64,000 nt of DNA. It comes from Fonticula alba ATCC 38817. Taxonomy: Eukaryota; Protista; Nucleariida. The translations under genes were made by a program, and so were the position numbers. Where the stretch lies: assembly GCA_000388065.2 (NCBI GenBank), contig KB932209.1. The stretch is one strand, 5' to 3'. Below the pieces are notes generated by a model that ran no database searches, was not told the origin of the DNA, and was given only the letters and a program-made list of their open reading frames with translations. This document shows, one piece after another, positions 26,795-39,441 of the stretch (the stretch's first letter is position 1; every line of letters starts with the position of its first letter).

Positions 26795-28270
26795 TCACCA
26801 GAGGTTCTTCGGCTTGAGGACCTCCATCACGGCGGCGACGGTCTTCTCCTGGAGCTCCGGGGAGCTGGTGGCAATGACACCGATGTTGTTCTTGAGGGTG
26901 CGGCCCTGGCCGAAGTCCAGCGCATGGCCGCGGACGTCGGTCACCTGGCCGCCAGCCTCGGCCACGATGAGCCGGCCACTGGCGTGATCCCAGATCTTCT
27001 CCTCGTACCCGGCGCGAGTGGGCAGACGCAGGTAGATGGCCGCATCGCCGCGGGCCACCGAGGCATACTTGGCCTGGGAGTCCATGCGAACCGGGTCGGC
27101 GGTGATGTCCAGCATCTTGGCCACGCGGCCGGAGTCCGAGTGGTCCGAGTGGGCGGCCTCCACCGACTCGACAAAGCGCAGGGGAGTGCCGGCCGGAGCG
27201 GCGGCGTGGATCTGGCGCTCGGTGACCTGGGCCCCGTCGGCCGGGAAGAGCGGCAGCTCGAAGGCGCCCTGCCCGGCGACGGCCACCTGCATGGTGCCCA
27301 GCTGGCCGGACCCATCACCGAGGGGCAGGTTCGGGCAGCCCATGACACCGAGGCGGACCTGACCCTCGTCCACCAGAGCCAGGCAAACGGCAAACTGCTC
27401 GCCACGGAGGAAGCCCTTGGTGCCGTCGATGGGGTCCATGGTCCAGAAGCGCCCGGTAGAGCCGCCAGTATGGTTGCCACGGTCGATGAAGGCAAGGAGC
27501 TGAGCATGGCCATGCACATGCAGGGAGGAGGGTCAGCATTCGCCGGCCACGCAGCATGCCCCCTCGCAGCGAGCAGGGCTCCGCCGATGGGCATGTGTGA
27601 AAGCATGGGTGTGGGGCTCGGGAAAGAGGCAGAGGGGTGTGGGGAGAGCCGGAAAAAGAAAAAAAGAAAAGGAAGGCAACGGGAGGCAGTGCGCGCACCT
27701 CCGACTCGGTGATCTTCGGCTCGAGGACGGTGTTGACCAGGTCCAGCAGCAGGGTGCGCATGGGCTGGGCCTCATCCGAGGCCAGGTCCTTGGAGTCCTC
27801 CTCGCCGACGATCAGGTCGTTGGGGAAGTCGCGGGCGATGAGAGCACACATGACCGCCTGGGCGCCGTAGTCGGCCACAGTGACCGGGGACTGGTCGGCC
27901 TTGGTCTGGGTGGCCGAGTCGCGAGAAGCCGCATCGGCGATCAGCTTCTTGAAGACACCCTGGCAGAGGCGGGACGCGGCGGCGACGGCCTTGATGGCGG
28001 CCTCGCGCTCGAGGGCAAGAGAGACGGCTGCATGGGGGCCGGGCGAGGGGAGGGGGGCACGAGTGCGTCAGATGCGCGTGCGTGCGTGCGTGTGTGTGTG
28101 TGTGTGGGGGGGGGGGGAGGGTGGACGTACACATGGTGGGGAAAGGGAGGAAGGGGGAAAAGATTGAAGGAGGGCTGGATGGCTCTCTCTCTCTCGTCTG
28201 GGGTGTGGCGAGACGTCGGGTGTCTGTTGTTGTGCCGTGCCAGCCCATATACACCCCAGCGGGTCTCCAT
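26795..28270 (-). CDS. MET22: 3'(2'),5'-bisphosphate nucleotidase (Met22/Hal2, inositol monophosphatase family); exons 28270-28255, 28027-27699, 27499-26795
   Basis: SPVTVADYGAQA, IVGEED, FWTMDPIDGTKGFLRGEQFAVCLAL, GCPNLP, RMDSQAKY, EKIWDHA. The 16-nt first exon and the start codon are less certain. Confidence 0.92.
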
Positions 28271-29528
28271 GGCGAGGAGGCTGACCTCGGGATGGATGCT
28301 TGTGTTAGCCCGGCGGCCAAGGGCGAGCTTCTCGTCCGCCCCGAATGTGTCATGGCTTCGGCTCAGAGAAGCCACCTCTGCACCCCCCCCCCCATCCCTG
28401 AGCAAGATGACACCCCCTCCCCTGCCCGAGGCCCTGGGGGGGGCTGCTCTCGGGGGCCGCCGCCACTCGGTGGCTGGGCGCGTTGCCAAGAAAATCGCGC
28501 TCTCGCGCCCGGCGCCGGGGCGAGGGGATGGGGCAGGATGGCGCGGGGGGTCACGAGCGACCCCAGGTGAGCGACCTGGCGAACACCCGCCCCTCTGCGC
28601 CGACACGGCCGCCCCCCCCCGCCCCCCCCCTTTCCTCAGCCCGTGCGCCGCCCTGTCGGTTCGTGGCGAGCCGGGGAGAGGTTGCTAGCTTGGCCTGCCG
28701 CCACCGGGCCTCCGCTAGACCATTCGCGCACAGGCGCCTCATGCTTGTCCTCCGCTGGCGGCATTTCACGCTGCCCGTGTCGGTCGGCCGGGTGTTTGTT
28801 ATTTTTCACACCCAACATTCGGCCACGCCCCGGGCCCAGTGTAATCCCTCGCGACGCACACCGCGGCCGGCGTGTTGGGGGGCCGGCGGACAGGGGGGGG
28901 GCCGTTGGCCGGAGAAATCGGCCAGTGTAATTTCCATCAGCCCGGCGCGAGAGGGGCATGACCGACCGACAAGTGAGTTGGCACATTATACCCTCCGAGG
29001 GTGTCACGCTCTGGGGGATCACGCGCCCGCGGGCAGTCGCGTTTCCACCCCGTGAACGCCCTCCTGCCGACGGCACCCAGTGGAGGGGGCCGGGGGGGAG
29101 GGGGGAGGGGGGGGGCGGGCGGGCGGGGGGAACGCATGCACCTGGCTCCCTCGGGCGAGGGGAGACACGGGGGACGGCCGGGATTCGACCCACGGGAGAC
29201 ACAGGCCAGCCGGTGGGGCGGCATCGTGTCCGGTTGGCGTTGTGCTTCGGGCTCCTCCCTTCGCCTGCCGGGCCTGTCCGCCTGAGAAAAGATCGGGGCA
29301 GTGTGGCTGGTCGTCAAGTCGGCCGCGCTAGCGCTCCCCTCCCCCTCACCTGCCTCTGCCGCCCCCGCTCTCTTTCGTCCTCGCTGCTCCCTCTCTCTCT
29401 CTCTCTGTCTCCCCCCTTTCTCTCGTGCCCCCGGCTCCCCCTCTCCCGGCTCCACACACACACACACACACGCACATACACACCCGCGTTCTCGCCCCCT
29501 GCTCCTGCCTCCGCTGCGTCCGTCCACC

Positions 29529-31627
29529 ATGTCGCTGCGGACCTTCAAGAATGAATTCCAGGTGGTGATCCTGGCCGGTGGCTACGCCACCAAGCTGGAC
29601 CCCCTGTCGTCGGGCGACGTACCGAAGGCCCTGCTGCCCATCGCCAACCGCCCGATGCTGCACTATGTGCTGGACTACTTCTCGGAGATGGCGTGCGATG
29701 GTGCGTCTTCAGTGCTTTCCTCTCGCCAACCCCGGCTCGGGCTCGGGCCCGGGCCCTCGAGTCCGGGGGACACATGACCCCTTTGTTCTGACACCTGGTC
29801 CCCCCCCCCCTCCCCCAGACATCCTGCTCATCACCCAGCCGAGCTTCGCGTCCAAGTTCACGGAGTTCCTCCACCAGGCCTCTCCCGGGTGGAAGGTGGA
29901 TTTGTGTGTTGTCGAGGCGCAGGGTGGCACGGCCGATGCCCTGCGCGAGGTGAAGGACAAGATCCGCGTGCGTCCCCACCCTGCCCTGCCTCCGGGTCTT
30001 CCATCTGTCCAGACACTTACACCTTTCTTCTGCATTGCCACCCCTCCCGGGTGCCCCTCCTCCCCCCCCCCTTCCCTCTCTTGATGCAGGGCGATTTTGT
30101 TGTTGTCAGCTGCGACCTCATCACCAACCTCGACATCCACTTGGTCTTCGACATCCACCGGAAGCACGACTCCTCGATGACCATTGTCACCATGACCCCG
30201 GAGCCGAGCAAGGACGATGTTGATGGCGGCCTCTTCCTCGGGACCAATGAGTCCGGTGATCGGCTGCTCTTCTACCAGCCGGTCGAGGACACCTTCGACA
30301 GCCTCAATGTTCGAATGGCCATGCTTCGCCAGTGCGTGTGTCCTCCCTCCCGCCGGGCGTGTGGCCATCGGCTCGCGAGCTCTCGCCCTTGCTCCTCGCT
30401 GTGTCCGCTTCCGGACAAACGCCCCTTCCTGACCTCCGCCACCGCCTGCACAGCTTCCCCACCCTCAAGATCCGCCGGAATGTCCTGGACCAGCATATCT
30501 ACGTCTTCCGCAACTGGGTCCTCGAGCTGCTGGATGCCAATGAGCATCTCCGGTCCATCCAGTACGATCTGGTGCCCTTCCTGGTGAAGGCCCAATACCG
30601 CTCCCTCGGCCCGGCCTCCACGACCAAGAGCGCCAGCGAGCTGTTCAATGGGACCCCGGGGCCTGGCGGCCCGACTGGGGCCACCCTGACGGACGCCGAG
30701 AAGGTCCTTTCCGGTTCCTATGCCGGGGTCAATGCCCTCATTCCCGCCTCGACCTTCACCCCGTGGCTGAGCTACTCCAGCCGGTATGCGCCGAAGGCCC
30801 TGTCCACGGTGCCGACCTTCCGGCCACAGACCGCCGTCGGGAGCCCGAATGTGGTGGCCGACGAGTCGGCCGGCGCGGCGGACTTCTCCCAGCTGACCGC
30901 CGACAGCGGGGACATTGCCCAGGAGACGGACTTTGTGGAGCCCCCCCAGCGGGTGGTTTGCTCGGTGGTGGACTTCTCGCGCATTCGGTCGCCCACCGGG
31001 ACGGCGCTGTTCTGCCGCCGCGCGGCCACCCTCTCGGCGTATGTCCGCCTGAACTTGGACATCCACCGGCGTAGCATCCTGCCCATCGGCATGGAGAAGT
31101 ATCTGAAGGCCTCGGAGGAGCTGTCCACTGCGGCCAAGAATTCCGGCTTCCGGGTCTTCAACTCGGTCATCGGCAACCACTGCAACATCGGCGAGGGGGT
31201 GACCATCCGCAACAGTATCGTCATGGATCATGTCACCATCGAGACCGGCGTCAATCTGGAGAACAGCGTCGTCTCGGCCCAGTGCACCATTCACCGGGAT
31301 GCCTTCCTGAAGGACTCCTTCCTGGCGCCGGGCTACACTGTCGAGGAGGAGGGTGCGTTTGTGGCGGCCACGTCTGGTTGTTTCTTTTCTTTAGCTCTTC
31401 CCCCTGCTCCGGGGCGCCCCTTTGGGGGAGGGAGGGGGGAGGGGGGAACCCGTGCCCAGCCTGCCTGCGGGATGCTGACACCCAATCGACTTCCTGCCTG
31501 CCGTTCTTTCGGCATCCTCGGCCGTTCCTTCCTCCGGTGGCTCTCCGACCGGAAACGCTCTCACGCACACACGCGCGCGCGCGCGCGTGCAGCTCACCAC
31601 GTCAACGACAAGCTCTATCTCGACTGA
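29529..31627 (+). CDS. EIF2B3: Translation initiation factor eIF2B gamma subunit; exons 29529-29700, 29819-29967, 30090-30331, 30454-31352, 31593-31627
   Basis: EFQVVILAGG...PKALLPIANRPML, GTADALR, DFVVVSCDL, D.HIYVFRNWVL, SIQYDLVPFLVK.Q, and C-terminal left-handed beta-helix hexapeptide repeats (NSVIGNHCNIGEGVTIRNSIVMDHVTI). Confidence 0.88.
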
Positions 31628-32476
31628 TCTCACAGACAACACCCGACCTCATCGAGCGCCGCGCCGAAGCCATTGGGGCCCGGGAGCGCGCCACGCGCCC
31701 TTGAGCCCGCCCGATGTCTTTCCAGCTGTGCAGTTGCATTTGAACCTACACACACATGCAGGAACGAATGTCCCTCCTCTCCCCTGTGTCTCGCTTTGTC
31801 CGGAGCAAAGTGGCTGTGGGGATAGCAAGCGGAGGGCGGCCCATACGCTGGCAGTCACAGATGCACTTGACCAGATCACATGTCACCGACCATCCATTAG
31901 ACGACTTCAAACGTGCGGCTCTCGTTTTCCTTGGCCGAGGCTGTGTGCGGGTGGCCGGGGGGAGCGGCCTGCCCTGGGTTGTTCTGTGCGTGCGCGCGCG
32001 CGCGCGCGCGCGCGGGGGGTGTCTCGCGAGGGTGCGTCGCGCACGGGGAGCCGGGTGGTTGGACGCATCTTTGGGCAGAATGGGATGGGGGCAGGCGCGG
32101 CGCCCTGGCGCCCAATGGGGGCTGGGGCTGTCCCGGAGGAGGAGGAGGAGGAGACGGGGCCTGGGTCTCTGGGGCGGGCGTGGGTGCGGCTGAGCCGGTG
32201 CGTGCGCTTGGCAGTCGGTGCATCCGCGGCCCCCCTGCCTGGGCAGAGATACGCGACCCCCGGTCCCCGGCCGGGCGCATCCAGCGGGGCTGCTTTTTCG
32301 GGCCCTCTACCGGCGGCCGCGTGCCCGGCCGAAAATGCACATCGACCCCGGCTTCTCCTCCTGCTTGCCTCTCGCTCGATAAAGCCCCCACCCGTGCGTC
32401 TGCACCGCTCAGCACCCCGCGATCCTCCCCCTGCCGAAGCTCACCGCTCTCCTCGCCTGCCCTGGTCCCCTCGCCC

Positions 32477-32510
<34 letters not shown>

Positions 32511-32540
32511 CGCATTGCCGCCGCCCTCCTCCAGACCACC

Positions 32541-34827
32541 ATGCTGTCCCAGGTTTCCCGTGTCGCCCAGCGCCATGCTTGCACCGCTGCCTCCCGGGCT
32601 TTCGGCACCTCGGCCGTCGCCCGGCGCACCGAGTATGACACCTTCGGCCCGGTCGAGGTTGCTGACGACAAGTACTGGGGTGCCCAGACTCAGCGGTGCG
32701 TGAGCGCACATGCGCGCATGTTCTGCCCCCCCCCCCCCCCCCCCGATACACACACACACACGGTCCATCTTGACCGCCATCTCACCTTGTTGATCCGGCT
32801 CTGGCCGTAACGGCCCACAGCTCCCTGAAGAACTTCGACATCGGTGGCCCGAGCGAGCGCATGCCCGCCCCCCTGATCAAGGCCTTCGGTGTGCTGAAGA
32901 AGTCCGCGGCCGTGGTCAACCGCCAGCATGGTCTGTCGCCGGAGGTGAGCGACGCCATTGTGGCCGCCGCCGACGAGGTCATCCAGGGTAAGCTGAATGA
33001 CCACTTCCCGCTGGTTGTCTGGCAGACCGGCTCCGGCACCCAGACCAACATGAACACCAACGAGGTCATCTCCAACCGTGCCATCGAGATGCTCGGCGGC
33101 ACCCTCGGCTCCAAGACGCCGGTTCACCCGAACGACCACGTCAACAAGAGCCAGTCCTCCAACGACTCGTACGTCGATGTCAATCGCCCCTGTTTGGCTG
33201 GTGCCCTGCGTGTCCCCTTTGCCGCCCTGCCCGTGTGCATGCGTACACATGTCCGCCCAGACGCACATGTGTGTCTGCCACTGTTATGGTGTGCTTGCAT
33301 TCTGACAGTGGTCTCCCGTTTGCCCCTTCCCCCGTACCCCCGTACCCCCCCCCCGGTGCGGAGGACACCCCGATTGCCATCGAGGAGGCCCCCGCCGCCA
33401 CTGTTGAGGAGGTTGTCATCTCGGAAAAGGCCCCGGAGGCGGCCTCTCAGCCAGCCACCAACTAAGAGCCTTTGCTCGTTGCTTCCTTTCTGCCCCCAAC
33501 AACCCAGCATGCGACCCCATACGAGATTACCCCGTGACTGGAGTTCAGACGCGCCCCCCCCCCCCCCCCCGCCCCCTCGCGCAGCTTCCCCACTGCCATG
33601 CACATCGCGGCCGTCCTCGAGACCCACGAGCGCCTTCTGCCCGCCATGGAGAAGCTGCGCGATGCGCTGGCCGCCAAGTCGGCCGAGTTCGAGCCGATCA
33701 TCAAGATCGGCCGCACTCACCTGCAGGACGCCACCCCCCTGACTCTGGGCCAGGAGTTCTCCGGCTACGTGCAGCAGGTGGAGTTCGGCATCGAGCGCGT
33801 CAAGAGCTACCTCCCCCGCCTGTACTACCTGGCCCAGGGCGGTACCGCCGTCGGCACCGGCATCAACACGCCCAAGGGCTTCGATGTGGCCATTGCCTCG
33901 GCCATTGCCCAGGAGACCGGCTACCCCTTCCAGACGGCCCCGAACAAGTTCGAGGCCCTGGCCGCCCATGACGCCATCATCGAGGCCCACGGTGCCCTGA
34001 ACACCTTTGCCGCCTCCTTCATGAAGATCGCCAACGACATCCGCCTGCTCGGGTCCGGCCCCCGCTGCGGCCTGGGCGAGATTAACCTCCCCGAGAATGA
34101 GCCCGGCTCGTCCATCATGCCTGGCAAGGTCAACCCCACCCAGTCCGAGGCTGTGACCATGGTCTGCACCCAGGTCTTCGGCAACCATGTCACCGTGACC
34201 GTCGGCGGCTCCAACGGCCACCTTGAGGTATGCCATGTGCCCCCTGCCAGGGGAGCGCGCCCGAGCGGCCGGAAGGGGAGGGGGTGCTTTTCTCGCTTTC
34301 TTGCGCTCTTCCTCACTTCGATGCTGCCCACAGCCACTGACATGTCCCCCCCCCCCCCCCCCCCCCCCTCGACAGCTCAACGTCTTCAAGCCGTCCATGA
34401 TCAAGAACTTCCTGCACTCCCTGCGTCTGCTGGCTGACTCGTGCCACTCGTTCACTGACAACTGCGTTGTCGGCATCGAGGCCAACACCCAGCGCATTGA
34501 CACCATCATGAAGGAGTCCCTCATGCTTGTCACCGCCCTCAACCCCCACATTGGCTACGACAGTGCGTGCAGTGTCTGCTGCTGTGGCTTTTTCTCTTAT
34601 TTGCAAAGCATGCCGAGGCCGGGCCATGTCACTGACCCGCGTTGTGTCTGTCTGTGTGTGTCTGTCTCCTCTCCCTCTCTTCGCCGCACGCAGAGGCTGC
34701 CGCTTGCGCCAAGAAGGCCCACCTCGAGGGCACCACCCTCAAGGAGGCCGCCATTGCCCTGGGCCATCTGACCGAGGAGCAGTTCGACCAGTGGGTCCGC
34801 CCGGAGGACATGATCCACCCCAAGTAA
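32541..34827 (+). CDS. FUM1: Class II fumarate hydratase with mitochondrial presequence; exons 32541-32695, 32821-33168, 33585-34227, 34376-34562, 34694-34827
   Basis: [79 protein letters not shown] signature, [15 protein letters not shown]. Confidence 0.97.
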
Positions 34828-35472
34828 ATGCGCGTGTGTATGTGTGTGCACTAGCCACGGCCCGACCTATGGGCGTTCGCTCCCTCCCTCTTTCCATCCC
34901 TTCCTGTCTCCCCTGAAGGGGGGTGGGGGTGGGGGGGGGGGCCGTGGCGAGCGAAACACGTGCGCGGGCGTCACCGCCTTCTTCCCCCCCTGACCGTGCG
35001 CGCGTGTGTGTTTGCTTCGTGACCATGAGTGAGTGTCTTGTTTGTGTTTGCTCGGCGTCGCCTGCCGCGCGCAGATGAGCGTCCTCGATGAGCAAAATAC
35101 AGCCGCCCTCACGTACTCCGTGTGTTGCCATGTGTGTGTGTATGTGGAGATCTTGCAATGGTGTGTGCGCATCAAGGCTGGCCTTCCCTGGACAGAGCGG
35201 GGACGGACACAGGGGTGTATGTACCAAATAGGGTGTATATTCTGGATGTGAGTGGGGAGGGGACAAAGGGCGCACCTCCGGACCAGGCCCCTCCTTTTCT
35301 TGGAGGGAGCGGGGGGGCTGCTCACGGTCGGAGGCGAGGGGGAGTGCATGATGTCGGCGCCGCACGGTGTATGGACATGGACTGAGGCGGGTGTGTCCGC
35401 GCACACCCAGTCCGCCGCGTACGCCGGGAGGGAGGGAAGGGGAGGGGGGGGGGGGGGAAGGGACAACTACTT

Positions 35473-38036
35473 TTACACGAAGTGCTCGAGGTTGAACTGG
35501 AAGGCCGACAGGGGATAGGAAATGCCAAAGTTGACATTCACCTGGGGGTGGAGGACACCCAGTTGCCCGATCTTCTGGCCCTTGTACATGACCTTGGCAC
35601 ACTGACCCGGCAGGAAGGCAGGGTCTGTGGGCGTGGGGTTTGTTTGTTTTTCCCCATCATCATCAGTGCGAGCGGGGCCGGCGAGCGACGGAGACAGGCG
35701 TCGATGTCAGGGACGGAGGGAACGAAATGAGATTGAGCAAGGGGCGAAAAGAAGAAGAAGAAGAAGAAGAAAACCACCATGCCCCGGCCCCCCGCACAAA
35801 CACGCACCATCATCCGCCAGGACATAGTAGCCGCTGGCCTCGTCGCCCTTCTTGGCGAACTTGACGTCCAGCATGGCCATGACCCGGTCCAGGATGCCAT
35901 GGACCTCCTCGAAAGAGGCCTCCTGCGAGCAAACAGCACCGGCCACCAGACGACGGTTGACGGCGCCCACCTCCATGGAGGCATCCTTCAGCACGACATC
36001 CGACACCTCGAACAGCTTGATCGGTAGGTTCTGGTGGCTGCTGCAGGCGATGGTCTTGAAAAGCCCCGGCAGCAGGGAGGTCCGAACCACCTCGAACTCC
36101 CGGGTGGCCGGGTTGTCCAGGATCACGGTGTCGGCCAGCAGCCGCTGGCGCTCCTCCTCGGACACCGGGCCCGGGCACAGGTGCGTGCTGTTCTCGGCCG
36201 CCGACACCAGGGAGAAGGTCAGGGCCTCGGTCAGACCGTTGAAGGCCAGCTCCCGGCGGACCAGGTCGCTGAGCTGGTTGAGCGGCTGCTCGGAGCCGGC
36301 CGTGGCAGTGGGCGGCGCCGCCGGCGGGGGGATGTTGTTGATGCCGAAGGACACGGCCACATCCTCCATGATGTCGCACTCGTGCAGGATGTCCGACCGG
36401 GTGGCCGGGGCCGAGACGGCCAGGTGCCCATCACCGAGGTGCTCCGCCTGGAGACCCATGCGCTGCAGGTGCATGCAGGCCTCGGCCGCGTCGATGTCGA
36501 TGCCCACCCGGCTGTTGATGTAGGCGACCGTGGTGCGGAAGGGCCGCAGGGCGAAGTCCGGGTACGTGTGCACCAGAGACTCGGTGTCGCGGACAACCGG
36601 CGACCCGGGGACCGGGGACTCGTAGGTGACGGTCACCTGCTCGCAAGTGTACGGGGCATCGGCGCAATACTCGCTGAACATGCAGAGCATGGTGTTCAGC
36701 ACGATGATGGCCTTGGTCAGGTCGGTGGCCGTGCACTCGACCAGGATGTCCCGAGTGTCGAGGGTGATCTTGGAACGCTCGCTGTTGATGACCGGCGGCA
36801 GGGAAATGACACAGGCGGTGTCCCGGACAACCGGGAACCGGCGGGTGGCATCATCGGCGTTGGCGGCCGTGCGAATGAGCGGCACATACGGGGCCAGGTG
36901 GTGACCGGCCGGCTCGACGAAGCTCCGCAGCATGTCATCCACATGCATGGGGCTGTCCAGGCTGGCGCCCAGGTGCGAGAAGCGGAACTTGTCCGACGGC
37001 TTGCCGTCCACATGGGCCAGCTCATAGTCATAGGTGATGGCATACCCGCCGGAGGGGGCCTTGGCCATCTTGTCCAGGTCGTGGGTGCCGATGGCAACAA
37101 GCGAGCGCTTCCGGCAGATGTTCTGGTGCAGGCGGTCCTGCAGGTCGATGAAGGAGTCCAGGCTGGCCTGGGTGAAGGTGACGCCACGCAGGACGGCCGC
37201 CACGATGTACGGCCGGGGCCCGTTGGCCTGCGACAGGGGACCAGGTCATGGTGGTGATGAAGCAAGGGAGGAAGGGAGGAGGGAGAGATGTGAGCAAGCT
37301 GTGGGCAGTGCGCACTCATCCACATGGGGAAGAGGGAAACAAAGAGGGGGGGGGGGGGGGGGGGGGAGGGGGCAGTGCGCACAGCGTCCTTGGTGACGGT
37401 GACGGTCACCTGCGAGGCGGCGTCCTTGGCCGGGACGGCGGTGTAGTTGGGCAGGTCCTTGACCTTGCCCTGGAAGATGCGCAGCGCGCGGGCCAGGCCC
37501 TCGAAGCAGAGGAGATCGTAGCTGGCACGGGAGGGGGTCAGGGCCGACGGGAAATGGGGGGGGGGGGGGGGAAAGGCGGGGGAAAAGAAACACCGCGGAG
37601 CATACCGGTTGGCGCCGATCTCAATGCGATAGATGATCTCGTCGGAGGAGGCATCGACATTGTCGGCCTCCGTGGCGCCATGCTCCTTGGCCTTCATGGC
37701 CTTCTCGGAGGTCTGCCGGCCAGGAAGGGAGGGGAGGAAAGGGCAGGGGGGGAGGGGGGGGGAGATGGAGTGTCAGCATACCAGGAGGAAGAGAATGCAG
37801 AGTCCCGGCAATACGGCGGGCAGGTGTGCCGGGCCGGGCCGGGCCAGCTCGGCGCGATCCCGGCCGTCGGCCCCCTCCTCCCCGTGGCACGAAGGGCGCA
37901 CAATCTCGTCGAGCTCGATGCCGAAGTCGAAGCAAAGCTGGTCGAACTCCTTGTCCTTCTCGTCCTCGGTCAGACCCTTGGCATTGAAGCCGAGGGTCTC
38001 GAGGAGGGCCGCGCGGTTGATGGAGATCGTCGGCAT
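35473..38036 (-). CDS. FARSB: Cytosolic phenylalanyl-tRNA synthetase beta subunit; exons 38036-37902, 37712-37606, 37521-37383, 37227-35808, 35624-35473
   Basis: MPTISI, EFDQLCFDFGIELDE, YRIEIGANRYDLLCFEG, FIDLQDRLHQNICRKRSLVAIGTHDLD, SLPPVINS, RSDILHECDIMEDVA, FEVVRTSLLPG, GQLGVLHP. Confidence 0.96.
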
Positions 38037-38264
38037 GGTGGCGTGTGGGGGTGGGTGGGCGGGTGTGGGTGGGCGGGTGCGCGTGCGCGCTGGCGGCGTG
38101 AGCGGCGGCGAGGGGAGAAGGGGGAGGGCAGAGAGGGGAGTGGGATGGAGGGGTGTGCCGCGGGCACCGCCGGTGCCAGAAACACCCCGCCGGCCCTCCC
38201 CTTCTGGGCCGTGGCAGGAGGAGTGCCAGAGTGGCGGCCACCGCCAGCAGGAGGGGCTCTCTCT

Positions 38265-38309
<45 letters not shown>
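38265..38309. repeat. Poly-G homopolymer (45 nt) upstream of FARSB
   Basis: Read directly from the sequence. Confidence 0.8.
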
Positions 38310-39158
38310 CTGGAGGCCGGGCGAGGGCTGGCGGCGCGCGCGAAAAGATGGGACCACCAGCCATGACCGAGAGGGGCCCCTTGGAAAAGGCGGACCAGAC
38401 GCTGCTGGTCGCTCCAGAGACTCCCCCCGCCCCCCTCCGCTCGCCCCTCAGATTCGGCCAGGCAAACTGGTCCCGCTCAAGAGCGCCGAGACTTGCACGC
38501 GCTCGGACTCGGGAGCAGGCACAGCCCTCAGCAGGATTCCCGCCTGGCCACCGGCCAGATGCACACCCTCACCGGGGCCCCGGCCTGTGTGCCCGTTTGT
38601 CTAGCGCCACGTGTGGGTACGGCCTACTGTCCCCCCCCCCCGCATACATCATGGGGAGGCGCCCTGGGGGCGCAAGGGCCGGGAGGCGGGCTTGGCGGCC
38701 ACAAACCGTCGCGCGGCGCCCGGCTCGGGGAGGCCCGGTGCGCCCGCGTCCGTCGGTGCATGGACCCGCCGGTTGTTGCCGTCCGCTTCCCCTGGCCAGA
38801 GGAGGCCGGCCAGCGATCTGGCCGCCTGTTCTGAGGTCACGAGAGCATGTAACAACATTAGAGGAAACAGCATAAAGCACCATTGTAGACCGGACCAGAA
38901 TCCGCGCGTGGTTGTACCCACCAGCGGTTGGGGCGGGACACGCAAGCCGTCCGAGTGAGGTATGGGACAGACTCCATAGAGACTCTCGACATGCGCACGC
39001 AGATCTGGACGGAGGGCGCTCTTCCAGGCCCGGCTCGGCGTTCTGCGTTCACCGTTAAGTTAATTGATGCGGCCGGCATGATTAAGCCAGTCGGGGGCAA
39101 TCATTTGTTCGAGGACCCCAGCACGCGGGGGGGGGGGGGGGGCTTGAAGCCTCTGTAT

Positions 39159-39441
39159 GGTTGTACGCCTTTTGATGGCTGGCAGTCCCTCGCATGAATG
39201 CATGCCGAGCCCGGGCTCTCGGTCGGTTGGGAGCCAGGGAGACCCCGGCTCCCCAGGAGTGGCGCGTGCCGGGGAAGTGAGCGGCTCCGGCCGGGCGGGC
39301 GTCTGGACCGCGCTTGGGTGGACTCTCTGCCCGCCCGCTCGGCCATTCATGCCCGGTGGCGGCAGCTGGAAAATTCATCATTCCCCCGATGAGCCAGCCA
39401 CAGCCGCCCAGGCTTGACTGGGTACTCGCATTTTTTTTTTT
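39159..39441 (+). ncRNA. Candidate structured non-coding RNA of unassigned family (nested helices ending at a T11 run)
   Basis: Complementary pairs found by eye: TGGCTGGC 39176-39183 with 39393-39400; GCATGAATG 39192-39200 with 39344-39352; GCCGAGC 39204-39210 with 39337-39343; GGGAGCC 39229-39235 with 39247-39253; GGGCGGGC 39293-39300 with 39329-39336. T-run at 39431-39441. No family motif confirmed and the strand is uncertain. Confidence 0.35.

Noticed and set aside
39078-39090. GATTAAGCCA, matching a 10-mer near the 5' end of 18S rRNA
   Set aside because: The flanks do not continue the rRNA sequence; chance match.
39159-39441. Assignment of the structured block to SRP RNA, RNase P/MRP or U3
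   Set aside because: Diagnostic motifs (SRP helix 8, P4 CR-I/CR-V, U3 boxes) could not be matched convincingly by eye, so it is left as an unassigned candidate.
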